From the human T2T-CHM13v2.0 reference genome, Homo sapiens: 64,000 nt of DNA. Within the stretch, counting starts at the first letter, position 1. Every line of letters starts with the position of its first letter. Shown in pieces: positions 1-13,690 of this stretch. A model generated the notes under the pieces. That model worked only from the letters and a program-made list of their open reading frames with translations, searched no databases and was not told the DNA's origin. The stretch lies in assembly GCF_009914755.1 (NCBI RefSeq), contig NC_060935.1. One strand, given 5' to 3'. The position numbers were made by a program, and so were the translations under genes.

Positions 1-689
1 AATAAGGTCTTCCTCCTCACCTCTTTGTAGACTCATATCAAGGAATACATTCATCAAAGTAACACTAAGTTACACTCTGAACAAATAAACCCTCAAATTT
101 CAGTAGCTTATCACAACCAAGATTTATGTCCTACTCATGTTATGGACTAATGTGGGGCAAGTGGCCCTCTTCCATCTGATAGCAGGCCTCTAACAGGGGA
201 AGGGAGAAGTGGAAGAGGAGCACTGGCTCTTTGCTGCCTCAGCCTAAAGGGAACACATGTCACTCCTGCTCACATTTCACTCACCCAACTAATTAGTGTG
301 TGGACATTTGGCGAACATATCCCATCTCTGCCACAAAGAACCATACACTCCTGCCAGGGGTCATGCAGAAGATAAAGGCTCAGCCAGCCCAGTCAGTACA
401 AATTCGGAGGGTGGGGGAGGAAAAAAGAGCCAAGATTCAAGCTGGTGGCTGGGGAGTGGAGAGAGATGGATAGGATTCCAGAATTAACCAGGTACAAAGC
501 ACCCAACACTTGGGTGGTACCCCATGTCTATTGTCTTGAATATTGCTCACAAGTAAGCCAACCCTAAGCTTCTTGGCTAAGACTCAGAACTCTTGTTATC
601 TAAGTTTATGGCTGTTAATTACAGGATTTGACCTGAATTAACTGAACAATGCAGTAAGAATAACAATCCCTGACTTTTCAAATTTTAGA

Positions 690-1225
690 TTTTCCAAATC
701 ATACAGCAATCATCTCATTTGACCCTCACAATAACCCTATGACGTGGGTATGCTATCTCTACCTCTATTGTGCAATAAGGAAATTTAGAGAAGGATGATG
801 TAATTGACCAAAGTCGCTCAAAACCTGTGCGTGCTGCAATACATCTCAGTGCCAGTTTTCTAACACATGCTAGGGGCTCTTTCTTCTACAGTTCAGCTGT
901 GTCTCATGCAAATTTCTATGGAAATCGACAATGTGAAAATGAACATCCATAGGATTTGAATTCAAAAGCTTGGGTGCTCTGTGCACCAAGAGGGAGTTGT
1001 TTAAGCATACAGGTGTTGAAGTCAGATGGCCTGGGTTTTAATCCCAGTTCTGCCACCTGCTAGCTGGGTGATAGCTGGCAAGTTAATCTACCTGCGCTCA
1101 CTTTCCTTATTTGGAAAATAACGATCCACTGTACCTAACCCATAAGATTATGGTGAGGATTAATGAGACAAGGAATATAAAATTCTTAGCACAATGCCTG
1201 GCTCAACATTAGAACTTAATAAACA
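690..1225. mobile_element. Two degenerate MIR SINE fragments
   Basis: MIR-like motifs (cctcacaataaccctatga; cctgggttttaatcccagttctgccac; gtgaggattaatgaga); boundaries approximate. Confidence 0.55.
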
Positions 1226-1876
1226 CTGAATGATGCTGCCAAGATCTTTCTGGGAGACAAAAAGATGCCACTATTCCTTCCTTCCTCCCTCAGGGCATGA
1301 TCGTGTCTCACTACATGACACTCTTGGCTTCAGCTGGAGAACAAACGGACCACCTAACCCGGCTTCACGTGCAACTGCCAGCGAGAAGAGAATGTTCTTT
1401 TCTTTGTCTGAGATTCGGCACTGGTCCCTGCCGCCAATCCCAGGTCTTCGTCTCAGATTTGCTGCCACCCAGAGGCCATTTCATGCCATGCCAGGATGAC
1501 TCTCCAAAGTATTCCTTGGGACAGTGGTTTTCAAAAGAAAGTGGGACGTGGGGGCAGGGAAGGAAAAGGAAAACATATCCAACTCTTGGAGGCAGGCGAG
1601 ACTGTGGGGGTTGAAACAATCCCGCAGGGGATCCTGGCGTGCCCTCCACTCTATTCACTTGAGGTTGTCTGATTTCGGTGAAGCCAAAAAGAGAGAAAAG
1701 GGGAAAGGGAGTCAAAAGGATCCTGTCTGTCTTCACCAGCACTAGGAATACATGTCAGCTGGTGCTTTCAAGGGGTGTCAGCTCCACCTCGTGGAATGAG
1801 AGCCAGTGATTTGTTTCTGATGCAATTCTTCAGCCAGTAAACACAGGAACAAGGAAGTTATGACAGGACCTTTCTA

Positions 1877-2092
<216 letters not shown>

Positions 2093-2121
2093 TCATCAAA
2101 AGACAAATCAGCAAAAGGTTT

Positions 2122-2528
2122 TGTATTAGTCCATTCTCACATTGCTATAAAGAAATACCTGAGACAGGATAATTTATAAAGAAAAGAGGCTTAATTGGCT
2201 CATGGTTCTCCCGGCTACACAGGAAGCATAGCAGCTTCTGGGGAAGCCTCAGGGAGCTTTCAATGATGGCAGAAGGCAAAGGGGGAGCAAACAACTCATA
2301 TGGCCAGAGCAGGAGGAAGAGAGAGAGTGGGGAGGTGCTACACACATTTAAACAAGATCTCGCGATAACTCACTCACTATCAGGAGAACAGCACCGAGGG
2401 AGTGGTGCTAACCCATTCATGAGAATTTGGCCCCGTGATTCAATTACCTCCCACCAGGCCCCACCTCCAACACTGGGGATTACAATTCTATATGACGTTT
2501 GGTGGGAGCACAGATCCAAACCATATCA
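2122..2528 (-). mobile_element. MST-family MaLR solo LTR
   Basis: tgtattagtccattctcacattgctataaag ... aaaccatatca termini. Confidence 0.8.
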
Positions 2529-2947
2529 GGTCCGAATAGACATTTTTTAAAAACCAATAAGCACATGGAAAGGTGATCAACATGATCAGCCATCAGGGAC
2601 ATGCAAAGCAAAATGATAAAGACGTGACCTCATACGCACTAGGTGAGCTAAAATCAAAAAGACAGGTGTTGGTGAGGATGTGAAGAAACCAGAACCCTCA
2701 CACACTTCCAGGGGGTGGTGGGGAGAATGGAAAATGGATGCAACTTCTTGAAAAACAGCCTGGAGGCTTCCCAAAAGTTATAGAGTTACAGTATGACTCA
2801 ACAATTCCACTCCTAGTTATATATATCCAAGAGATGAAAACATATATCCACACAAAAACATGCACACCAGTTCCCATAAAAGCATCATTCGTAACAGCCA
2901 AGAAGTGAAAACAACCCAAATATGCACCAAATAAGATGTCTATAGTC

Positions 2948-3320
<373 letters not shown>

Positions 3321-4556
3321 CTATAACATGGAGGAACCTTGAAAACATTATGCTAAGTGAAAGAAGCAGTCACAAAGAACCGCATATTTCATAATTCTGC
3401 TTATATGAAATGAAATGAAATGTCCAGAATAGGCAAGTCTATAGAGACAGAAAGTAGATTTGCAGTTCCCTAGGGCTGGTGCAGGTGTGAGGCTGGGGGT
3501 GGGGGCAGACAATTATGGCTAAGGGGTACAAGGTGTCTTTATGGGCTGATAAAAATGTTCTTAAGTTGCTTGTGATGATGGTTGTGCAACTCTGAATATA
3601 CTAAATGCCATTGGATTGTACACTTTAAATGGGTGACTTATATGGCAGGTAAATTATTTATCAATAAATCTGTTAAAAAAGTAAAATAAACCAAGCTCTT
3701 CTTTGTACATCTGCTTGAGGCAAGGGCTGTTTCCAAGCCCCTGTATTCCCAACAGTATGAATCACAGAAGGAAAACAAAATCAGGACCTCTGGAGGCTGG
3801 AGGCAGGAGAGTTGTGTTGTACTGCGACCCTCAGTGCCCAGAGGGCTCTTCAGTCCTGGCAGCAGCTCATTGCTAGTGGCCAGCATGGCCAGGCCCATTG
3901 GAGCTGGAGGATACACTGTAACCGGCTGACACCATGTACAAAGGAGAGTAACACAGCTCTACTACCACCAGGTATGGCTGTAAGGCCGGGTGTGGCATAA
4001 ACTCTGCCAGGTCACACATGGGCTCCAGACCCACAGACACCTGCTCTAAAGACAGAGACAGAACAGAAGCAACATGAGCTTTGGCAACAGACAGACCCAA
4101 ATTGGCACCACGTCCCTTCTATCTATCAGTTCTATGACCTCAGGCCTATACTCATCTTTTAAAAAATTCAATAATAATGCCTATCATGTAAGCTGCCCTC
4201 ACTCTTCCCTTCCCCAGTTTGTTTTCTTTTGTTGGGCTAACATTTATTGAAGGCTTACTAGGTACTAAGCAAATGCTGTACAGGCATTAATATCTCTGTT
4301 AGTCTTCACTGCAATCCTGGACAAATCCAGAATGATTTCTTATTATGCCATTTTTAGATATGAAGGAACAGAGGTTCAAAGAAGTCAGACAACTTCTCCA
4401 TTGTCACAAAGCTAACAAGTGGCAAAGCCACTATGCCCAAGTCATCATTTTAAGTATCATACTATACTCTATCCATATAGCAAGAGTGACATTTCATAAG
4501 TAGATAAAGAGCTTGACACAGAGTTGGGCCCTCAGAAAAGAGTCCTGAGAGCCAGG

Positions 4557-4916
4557 TGTATCAGTCTGTCCCCACACTGCTATAAAGAAATACCCGAGAC
4601 TGGGTAATTTATAAAGGAAAGAGGTTTAATTGACTCACAATTCTGCATGACTGGGGAGACCTCAGGAAACTTACAATCGTGGTAGAAGGTGAAGGGAAAG
4701 CAAGGACCTTCTTCACATGCAGGCAGGAGACAGTGTGAGCAAAGGGGGAAGAACCCCTTATAAAACTATCACATCTCGTGAGAACTCACTATCACTAGAA
4801 TAGTATGGGTGAAACCACCCCCGTGATCCAATCACCTCCCACCAGGTCTCTCCCTAGACACATGGGGATTACAATTCAAGATGAGATTTGGGTGGAGGCA
4901 CAGCCAAACCATATCA
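4557..4916 (-). mobile_element. MST/THE1-family MaLR solo LTR
   Basis: tgtatcagt ... aaccatatca termini; 5-bp TSD CCAGG at 4552-4556 and 4917-4921. Confidence 0.85.
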
Positions 4917-5233
4917 CCAGGGTACCAAAATCATTCCCCCGAGTGGTGTCCCTATCCAGAGGCCACAGACAGGACACCTGCCATGTGAAGGTGACATGGC
5001 TTGAATGTTTGTTCCCTCCAAATCTCATGTTGAAATGTGACCTCCATTCTGCAGTTATACAAGCAGTAAGAATAAAACAAAATGAAACAAACAAAAAAGA
5101 AATGTGACCTCCAATATTGGAGATAGAGCCTAACAGGAGGCATTGCAACATGGGGATGAATCCCTCATGAATGGCTTAGTGCCATCCCCTTGGTGATGAG
5201 TGAATTCTCTCTCGGTTAGTTCATGTGAGATCT

Positions 5234-6290
5234 TATCGGGGAACGTGCCCTGATAGTCACGTAGGTTCTTTTCTATTTTGCCTAAGCGTCAGCCGGTTTG
5301 AGAAATAAAGGGACAGAGTACAAAAGAGAGAAATTTTAAAGCTGGGTGTCCGGGGGAGACATCACATGTCAGTAGGTTCCATGATGCCCCACAAGCCGCA
5401 AAACCAGCAAGTTTTTATTAGGGACTTTCAAAAGGGGAGGGAGTGTACGAATAGGGTGTGGGTCACAAAGATCACGTACTTCACAAGGTAATAGAATATC
5501 ACAAGGCAAATGGAGGCAGGGCGAGATCACAGGACCACAGGATGGGGCGAAATTAAAATTGCTAATGAAGTTTCGGGCACCATTGTCATTGATAACATCT
5601 TATCAGGAGACAGGGTTTGAGAGCAACCGGTCTGATCAAAATTTATTAGGTGGGAATTTCCTCTTCCTAATAAGCCTGGGAGCGCTATGGGAGACTGGGG
5701 TTTATTTCATCCCTACAGTCTTGACCATAGAAGATGGCCAAACCCAAGGGGTCCATTTCAGAGACCCAGCCTCAGGCGCATATTCTCTTTCCCAGGGATG
5801 TTCCTTGCTGAGAAAAAGAATTCAGCAATATTTCTCCCATTTGCTTTTGAAAGAAGAGAAATATGGCTCTGTTCTGCCCGGCTCACCAGCAGTCAGAGTT
5901 TAAGGTTATCTCTCTTGTTCCCTAAACATTGCTGTTATCCTGTTCTTTTTTCAAGGTGCCCAGATTTCATATTGTTTAAACACACATGCTCTACAACTTG
6001 TGCAGTTAACACAATTATCACAGGGTCCTGAGGCGACATATATCCTCCTCGGCTTACGAGATGACAGGATTAAGAGACTAAAGTAAAGACAGGCATAGGA
6101 AATCACAAGGGTATTGATTGGGGAAGTGATAAGTGTCCATGAAATCTTCACAATTTAGAGACTGCAGTAAAGACAGGCATAAGAAATTATAAAAGTATTA
6201 ATTTGGGGAACTAATAAATGTCCATGAAATCTTCACAATCCACGTTCTTCTGCCAGTCCCTCCATTTGGGGTCCCTGACTTCCTGCAACA
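5234..6290 (-). mobile_element. MER11 (HERV-K11/HML-8) solo LTR nested in the MST 5' LTR
   Basis: Reverse strand starts tgttgcaggaagtcagggacccca; 6-bp TSD AGATCT; internal ~60-nt direct repeats at ~6091-6153 and ~6176-6239. Confidence 0.88.
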
Positions 6291-8363
6291 AGATCTGGTT
6301 GTTTAAGAGTCTGAGACCTCCCTCTTCTCTCTTACACTCTCACCATGTGACACACCTGCGCCCCCTTTGCCTTCCTCCATGATTGTAAGCTTCCTGAGGC
6401 CCTCACCAGGAGCAGAGCCAGTGCCATGCTTCCTGTACAGCCTGCAGAACTGTGAGCCAACTAAACCTCTTGTCTTTATAAATTACCCAGTCTCAAGGAA
6501 TACTTATTCTTTGATAGCAACGCAAAAACAGACTAATACAAAAAAATTGGTACCAAGGAGTGGGGCATTGCTATAAAGATACCTGAAGATGTGGAAGTAG
6601 ATTTTGAACTGGGTAACAGTTAGAGGTTAGAAGAGTTTGGAGAGTTCAGAAGAAGACAGGAAGATGAGGGAAAGTTTGAAACTTCTTAGAAACTGGTTAA
6701 AGGGTTGTGACCAGAATGCTGATAGAAATATGGACAATGAAGTCCAGGCTGATGAGGTCTCAGATAAAAATGAGCAACTTAATGGAGAATGCAGGTCAAC
6801 AAAGGTCACCCATGTTACACCTTAGCAAAGAGCTTGGCTGCTTTGTGTTCAGGCCCTAGGGATCTGTGGGAGTTTGAACTTCAGAGTGATGACTTAGGGT
6901 ATCTGGCAGAAGAAATTTCTAAGCAGCAAAGCATTCAAGATGTGGTATGTCTGCTTCTAATAACCTACAATCAAATACAGAGACAAAGAAATGACTTATG
7001 TTTGGAACTTGTATTTAAAAGGGAAGCAGAGCATAAAAATTTGGAAAATTTGCAGCCTGCCCATGTGGTAAAGAAAGAAAAAGCATTTTCAGAGGAGGAA
7101 TACAAGCAGGCCGCAAAGCAACCACTTGCTAGAGAGATTAGTGTGACTAAAAAAGGATCCAAGTGCTAATAAGCAAGACAATGGGAAAAAGGGCCTTGAA
7201 GGCATTTTAGAAATCTTCTAGGTAGCCCCTCCCATCACAGGCCCAGAAACCTAGGAGGAAAGAACAGTTTCAGGAGCCACTCCCAGGGCACCTGCTGCCC
7301 TGCACAGCCTCAGGACACTGTTTCCTGATTCAGGCCTACTCTGGCTACGGCCTTGGCTCAAAGGGGCCCAGGTACAGCTCAATCTGCCACTCTAGAGGGC
7401 TCATGCTGTAAGCCTTAGTGGCTTCCACATAATGTTAAGCCTGTAGGTGTGCAGAATGCAAGAGTGAAGGAGGCTTGGTAGCTCCACCTATATTTCAGAG
7501 AATGCATGGAAAGGCTTAGGAGCCCAGGCAGAAGCCTCCTGCAGGGGTGGACCCCACCACAGAGATGTTCTACTAGGGCAGTGCAAAGGGAAAGTGCGGG
7601 GTTGGAGCCTCCACACGAAGTCCCCACTAGAGCACTACCCAGTGGAGCTGTAAGAAAGGGGCCACCACTCTTCAGACCCCACAATGGTACAGCCAACAGC
7701 AGCTTGCATCCTGAGCCTGGAAAAGCCTCAGGCACTCAACTCCAGTCCCTGAGAGTGGCCATGGGGGTTGCACCCTGCAAAACCACAAGGGCAGACTTTC
7801 CAAAGGCCTTAGAGTCCCACCCTTCCATAAGTGTGCTCTGGATGTGGGACATGGTATCAAAGGAGACTATTTTGGAGCTTTAAGATTTAATAACTGATCT
7901 GCTGGGTTTCAGATTTGTATGGGGCCTACTGCCCCTTTCTTCTGGCTGATTTTTCCCTTTTGGAATGAGAATATTTACCCAATGCTGGTACCACCATTGT
8001 ATCTTGAAAGTAAATAACTTCTTTTGATTTTACAGGCTGATAGGTAGAAGGAGTGAGTCTCAGATAAAACTTAAAACTTTGGACTTGATGCTGGAACGAG
8101 TTAACACTTTGGAAGACTGTTGCGAAGGAATGATTGTATCTTGCAATGTGAGAAGAACATGAGATTTAGAGGGCCAGGGGCGGAATGATATGGTTTGGAT
8201 GTTTGTCCCTTCCAAATCTCATGTTGAAATGTGACCTCCAATGTTGGAGATGGTGCCTGGTGGGAGGCAATTTGATTATGGGGGCGAATTCCTCATGAAT
8301 GACTCAGCATTATCCCCTTGGTAATGAGTGAGTTCTCTCTCCACCAGTTCATGCGAGATCTGA

Positions 8364-8662
8364 TTTTTTTTTTTTTTTTTTTTGAGACAGAGTCTTGCTC
8401 TGTCACCCAGACTGGAGTGCAATGGTGCAATCTCAGCTCACTGCAACCTCCGCCTACCAGATTCAAGCAATTCTCTGCCTCAGCCTCCCGAGTAGCTGGG
8501 ATTACAGGTGCCCACCATCACACCCAGCTAATTTTTGTATTTTTAGTACAGACAGGACTTCACCATCTTGGCCAGGCTGGTCTTGAACTCCTGACCTCAT
8601 GATCCACGCACCTCGGCCTCCCAAAGTGCTGGGATTACAGGGGTGAGCTACCATGCCCTGCC
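8364..8662 (-). mobile_element. Alu nested in the MST 3' LTR
   Basis: Reverse dimeric Alu with poly-T; flanks agatctgat / agatcttat. Confidence 0.92.
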
Positions 8663-9301
8663 AGATCTTATTGTTTATTGTTTAAAAGAGTCTACGACTT
8701 CCCTCTTCTCTCGTTCTTGCTCTTGCTTTTGCTCTGTGATGCACCTGCTCCCCCTTTGCTTTCCTCCATGATTGTAAGCTTCCTGAGGCCCTCACCAGGA
8801 GCAGATGCCAGTGCCATACTTCCTCTGCAGCCTACAGAACCATGAGCCAATTAAACCTCTTTTCTTCATAAATTACCTAGCTTCAGGTATTTCTTTTTAG
8901 TGATGAAGGAACAGACTATATGGAAGGGAAGGATAATGCCTTTGGTAGGCACATCTCTTGAGGACTGTGTGCTTGGAACTGTGTTAAGAAATTTACTTGC
9001 ACATGCCAGAAACTATCTGTCCTGCCCAAATATTCCATGTGCCCACCTCTTCAGGAGACTCTGATGGAAAGGCAACAGTCTACAGGAAAAATCACACCCT
9101 TACTAGAAGATGCCTTTTGCTTTAGAGGGAAATGGGGCAGACAATTTACAACTGGCCTAAAGTGAATAAGAGAAGCTCTGAAGACAGGACCAGAGGATGA
9201 GGCCAAGGCAGGGCTGTACATCAGCCAGTAGACTTACTGTGGAACAGCCACCCAGTGAGAAGGCTAAACTTACCCTTCCCAAGTCCAGCCACTTCTCACC
9301 C

Positions 9302-9710
9302 TGTGTTCCAGTTACTACTGTGACATAACAAATTACCCCACAATTTAGCATCTTAAAATAACCATTTTTATTATGCACCTTTATTCTGTGGGTCAGGAAC
9401 TTGGGCAGGGCATGGGGTGAAGAAGATGACCAGAGGGATGACTTGTATCTGTTCCATAATCTGGGGCCTCAACCAGAAAGACCCGAAGGCAAGGAATGAT
9501 TTGATGGCTAGGGTTGTAGTTATCTGGGGCCATTTTGCTCATATGATGGGAGACTCAAAGGCTGGGATTAACAACAGAGCACCTACATGTGGTCTCTCCC
9601 TGCAGCTTGGCTTCTTCAATGCATGATGGCCTTAGAGTACTGAGACTTCCTACTTAGTGGCCCAGTGCTCCAAGCACCAGTATTCCAGCTACTAAGGCAG
9701 AGGAATGTCA
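9302..9710 (-). mobile_element. Old MLT1-family LTR fragment
   Basis: acataacaaattaccccacaatttagc..ttctgtgggtcaggaa motif typical of MLT1. Confidence 0.6.
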
Positions 9711-10987
9711 AGGAATTAAGGAATTTGGAGGCCATGTTTTAAAGCCTTCACACCCTGCCTTCCAGGAAGGAGCCAAGCTCAAGGGCATATGCAAAAGAGA
9801 CTGCAGAGGATCTTCCCCTATCCGGGGACCTATTTCCTGCAGAATCCAATGGCAGAATCTCCCAGGCATAATGATAAGCAAAAGAAGACAGGTGCAAAAG
9901 AGTGCTAACTGTGTGATTCCATTTATGCAGCATTCAAGGAAAGACAAAACTAAGTTCAGAATAGCAGTTACCTGCAGGTGGGGTACAAAGGGGCACAAGG
10001 GAGGGAGCTTTCTAGGCTTCTGGCATGTTCTTTATATTAACACATTTGTTACACAAGTGTATTCATATGTAAAAAATTAATCAACTCCTACACTTAAAAG
10101 TCATGCACTGGTGACACTATGGATTTTCTACTTCAATAAAAATTTTGTAAAGGAATTATCCTCAAGAGGAGAGGAGAGGGGGAACAAAAGAATTATCCTA
10201 TCCAGTCAGAGCACCTCACTCTCCATCCCTTCCCCTAGCCAGATTTACATGCCCTAGAAAAGCAGACTCCCAGGCCTCCCCGCTCTGGCTAGTCAATGGC
10301 TTGTGGATGCAGCATTTTAGGGGAGGTGTTTCCAGCCCCTCCTCTGCCCTTCTGCCCAGACTTCCTTCTCCGTTTTAGAATCCAAAAGTGCTGGAAGGTG
10401 CCAGGACTATCATGGTTTCATTTCATACCCTTATTTTATGGAGGAGGAAAGCAGGAAGGGGAGTGGTGGAGGGACTGGAATGTGCAGCCAGGGAGGCAGG
10501 TAAGGCCCGGACTCCTCTGACGGCCAAGGCAGAACTACAGTCTTAGGGTCTTTCTCTTCCTCTCAGTGAGGCAGAGCCCTCCATTGCCTGTAAGACTGCT
10601 TAGCATGGGCTCTGTGCATCCATGTCTATCCAAATGGGAGTTTCTGGAAGGCAGGAAGGTTTCTCACTTGATAAGATTCCGGGACCCACCTAGCTGGGTG
10701 GGGATTTTCCACAGGGCCTAGGCAGAGGGATAATGCTAGCCACTCCTTGGGGCATGGCTCTGATCACAGACCCTGGGGGCTGTGGGCCTGAGAGATTTCA
10801 CCCCTCCCAGAATTACCAGAAACGGGGTGGGAAGCTGAGATGCTTTTGTTTTCCAATGAAACTCCCAAGGCTCAAACCAGAAGCCAGCATCTTAAGTCCT
10901 AAAATGTGAAGCCCCAACAATCAAGCCTTTTCCTGATCTGGCTTTGCCCATCCCCCTACCACCCCCTGTCTTTTGCAGTCAGCTTCT

Positions 10988-11361
10988 ATTATGGACTGAA
11001 TGGTGTTCCCCCAAAATTCATATGTTGAAGTCCTGACCCCCCAGTGCCTCAGAATGTGACTATATTTGGAGACTGGGTCATTAAAGAGGTTAAGTTAAAA
11101 TGAGGCCCTTAGAATGGTCCCTAATCCAGTCTGACTGGTGTCCTTATAAGAAGAGGAAATTTGGACACACGGACACACCAGGGATGTTCAGAGGAGGCAG
11201 GGCAAGAAGTCAGCCATCTGCAAGCCAAGGAAAGAGACCTCAGAGGAAACCAGACCTGCTGATACCTTGCTCTTGGACGTCCAGCCTCCAGAACCATAAG
11301 AAAATAAATTTCTGTTGTTTGTGTCTGTCGTATTTTGTTACAGCAGCCCTAGCAAACTATA
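10988..11361 (+). mobile_element. MLT1 (MLT1A/B-like) solo LTR
   Basis: ggactgaatggtgttcccccaaaattcatatgttgaag ... ataaatttctgttgttt ... gcagccctagcaaacta. Confidence 0.8.
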
Positions 11362-11852
11362 TAACTCCCACTTCCTAAGTGTCACACATTTTTACACCTG
11401 CCTGGGGTGCCTTTCCCTCCCTCCTCCCTTGACCCTCTGAAAAACACCACCTTCCAGTCCTTCCCCGCCAATTGCTCCATGACATGTCTCTTCAAGCCCT
11501 GAGTCAGTGAACCGTGCTACATGGTCTTGCATTGTACACTTGTAACCATTATCATCCCTATGACACCATATTTTAGTTTATCTTCTTGACAGACCTTGAC
11601 CCTGGAGACACAGGCTATTCCTTACTCATCTCCGCATCCCCAGCCTGAATAACAAATGGTGTGATAAAATGTCTGCTGGATTGAACTGAACTGGAGAATT
11701 TGCTGAGTGCTTCAGCATGCCCTGGCAGGGTCTCTGCCCCTCAGAACCCACACTTCCCCTTCACTGTATCCACCTTGCACCCTGCACAAATGCCAAAAAG
11801 GCTTTAAGGTCAAAAGAATTAGCACTGTCTTAGAAATTGTATAGAGGTGGTC

Positions 11853-12255
11853 CAGATGGTCCCCAACTTACAGTGGTTCAGCGTACAATTTTCTGACTTT
11901 AAGATGGTGTAAAAGCAATACACATTCATTAGAAACCATTCTTCAAATTTTGAATTTTGATCTTTGCCCAGGCTAGCAATAAGTGGAAATATGCTCTCCT
12001 GTGATGCTGGGCAGCAGGAATGAGCTGCAGCTCCCACTGAGCCACACTATCACGAGAGCAAACAACTGGTACTCGACAGTATACTGTGTTGCCAGATGAT
12101 TTTGCCCAACTGTAGGCTAATGCCAGTGTCTGAGCATGTTTAAAGTAGGCTAGGCTAAGCTATGATGTTCAGTAAGTTAGGTGTAGTAAATGCATTTTCA
12201 ACTTACAATGGATTTATTGGGCACTAACCCCACATCATAAGTCAAGAAGCAACTG
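11853..12255 (-). mobile_element. MER47-like Tigger-derived DNA transposon
   Basis: Terminal inverted repeats cagatggtccccaacttac / ataagtcaagaagcaactg; internal taggctaggctaagctatgatgttc. Confidence 0.75.
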
Positions 12256-12470
12256 TATTATAAAACTAAGACTGGGGGAGGGCAATGTTTAACCTGGAGA
12301 CATGGATTACTCATGATAACAATGTAGGATGCCAGGGACTGAACATAACAAACTCAAGGGGAGGGGAGGTCCCTTCTCAGCTATCCAGCACCCCAAAGCT
12401 TGAATCAATAGCTCCTTCCCACGCTGGGTGAAATCAGCCCTGAGCTGTCTGTGAATCAGAGGAAGTGTTT

Positions 12471-12491
12471 GTGTGTGTGTGTGTGTGTGTG
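12471..12491. repeat. (GT)n microsatellite
   Basis: About 10 GT units. Confidence 0.9.
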
Positions 12492-13624
12492 TTGGAGAGG
12501 GTCCGGGGGAAGGATGTATATGTGCATCCTGAGGTGGAAAAATCCCTAAACTCACTTGTGTGGTGAAGCAGGGCTGGAGGCTTCTAGAGCCCTAGGGAGG
12601 GCGCAGCCTTTGACTTTCGGACAGACCTGGTTAGAAGCCTCACTGCTTTGCTGCCAGCTGATAAAGGAGCCAGATGAAAGGGCCCAGCATAGCTCCTGGC
12701 CTTTGGAGCATGCCCTTTATCCATAGAATGCTACTCTTCTCCTGATGTCCATCTTCCCCTAGCGCTGAGCCCAAAGCACAGAAGGCATCCTGTTTGGAGC
12801 CAGGCTGGCTGGGGTTAACAAGAGAAAGGCAGCTGTTTCCCGAAAACAAAGGGCTGGGTCAATAAATCTGCCGCAGCAGCCATGGATCAGTGAGGGCAAA
12901 GGCTCCCGCGGGGAGCAGCCAGCCAGTTTCTCTGAAACGTCTAGAACAGAGCCATCCAGGAAAGCAAGGCTGAGGCTTGAAAGGCCCTTAGGTAGGCCTG
13001 TCCTGGGGTCAATATCCTCAGAGCACAGGGTCCCTCTCCTCACCCCCAGCACCTTCCAGGATCAGACTCAGAGTCTCACAGAATCACAGAGCTGGAAAGG
13101 ACCCCAAGCATTCTCCAATGCAGTTTTTTATCTGGGGAACATGTTAAGAATTCATCCATCTATGAACTTGGATAGGTCAGGGGGAAAAGGTTCACTAATC
13201 TATAACTGAAGTTTAGCATTTATTTCTATCATGAACCTAAGCAACAAACTACAGTAGAATTTGGAGAACCTAAGACTTTGTCACCAAGAGACATGACAGG
13301 CATTTTTATAGCTCAGTACAGGCATTCCAGAATTCTCAAAACATTGTTCATTAATACTACCTCAAAATTGTAGTAATGATCAGGGCCACCTCTAGATCTC
13401 GCTTAATGCATTAATAAATAAGCATTGTTACTGCTATATCACAAATTTGTTTTTTTATTTTGACAACTGTATTTTGGTATCGTTAGTTAACTTTGTTATT
13501 CCATGTATTTTATATTACCAGCCTTCAAAAGTGTCCATGACACAGAAAGGATTAAGAATTCTACTGGGCTTTAACCTTCACTATAGATGGAGAAACCAAG
13601 GTCCAAGACAGGCAGTGCTTCTTC

Positions 13625-13690
13625 TGGATGGATGGATGGATGGATGGATGGACGTATGGATGGATGGATGGATGAAGGGATGGATGGATA
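13625..13690. repeat. (GGAT)n tetranucleotide repeat, interrupted
   Basis: tggatggatgga... array. Confidence 0.9.

Larger units (their letters stand above)
4992..8922 (+). mobile_element. Near full-length MST-type MaLR element (5' LTR ~4992-6540, internal ~6541-8185, 3' LTR ~8186-8922)
   Basis: Two homologous LTRs (tga[c/t]atgg..tccaaatctcatgttgaaatgtgacctcc) flanking MaLR internal sequence; 5-bp TSD GAAGG at 4987-4991 and 8923-8927. Confidence 0.85.

Noticed and set aside
6789-7883. ORFs of about 125 aa in the 6.5-8.2 kb region
   Set aside because: Fragments of decayed MaLR internal sequence, not an intact gene.
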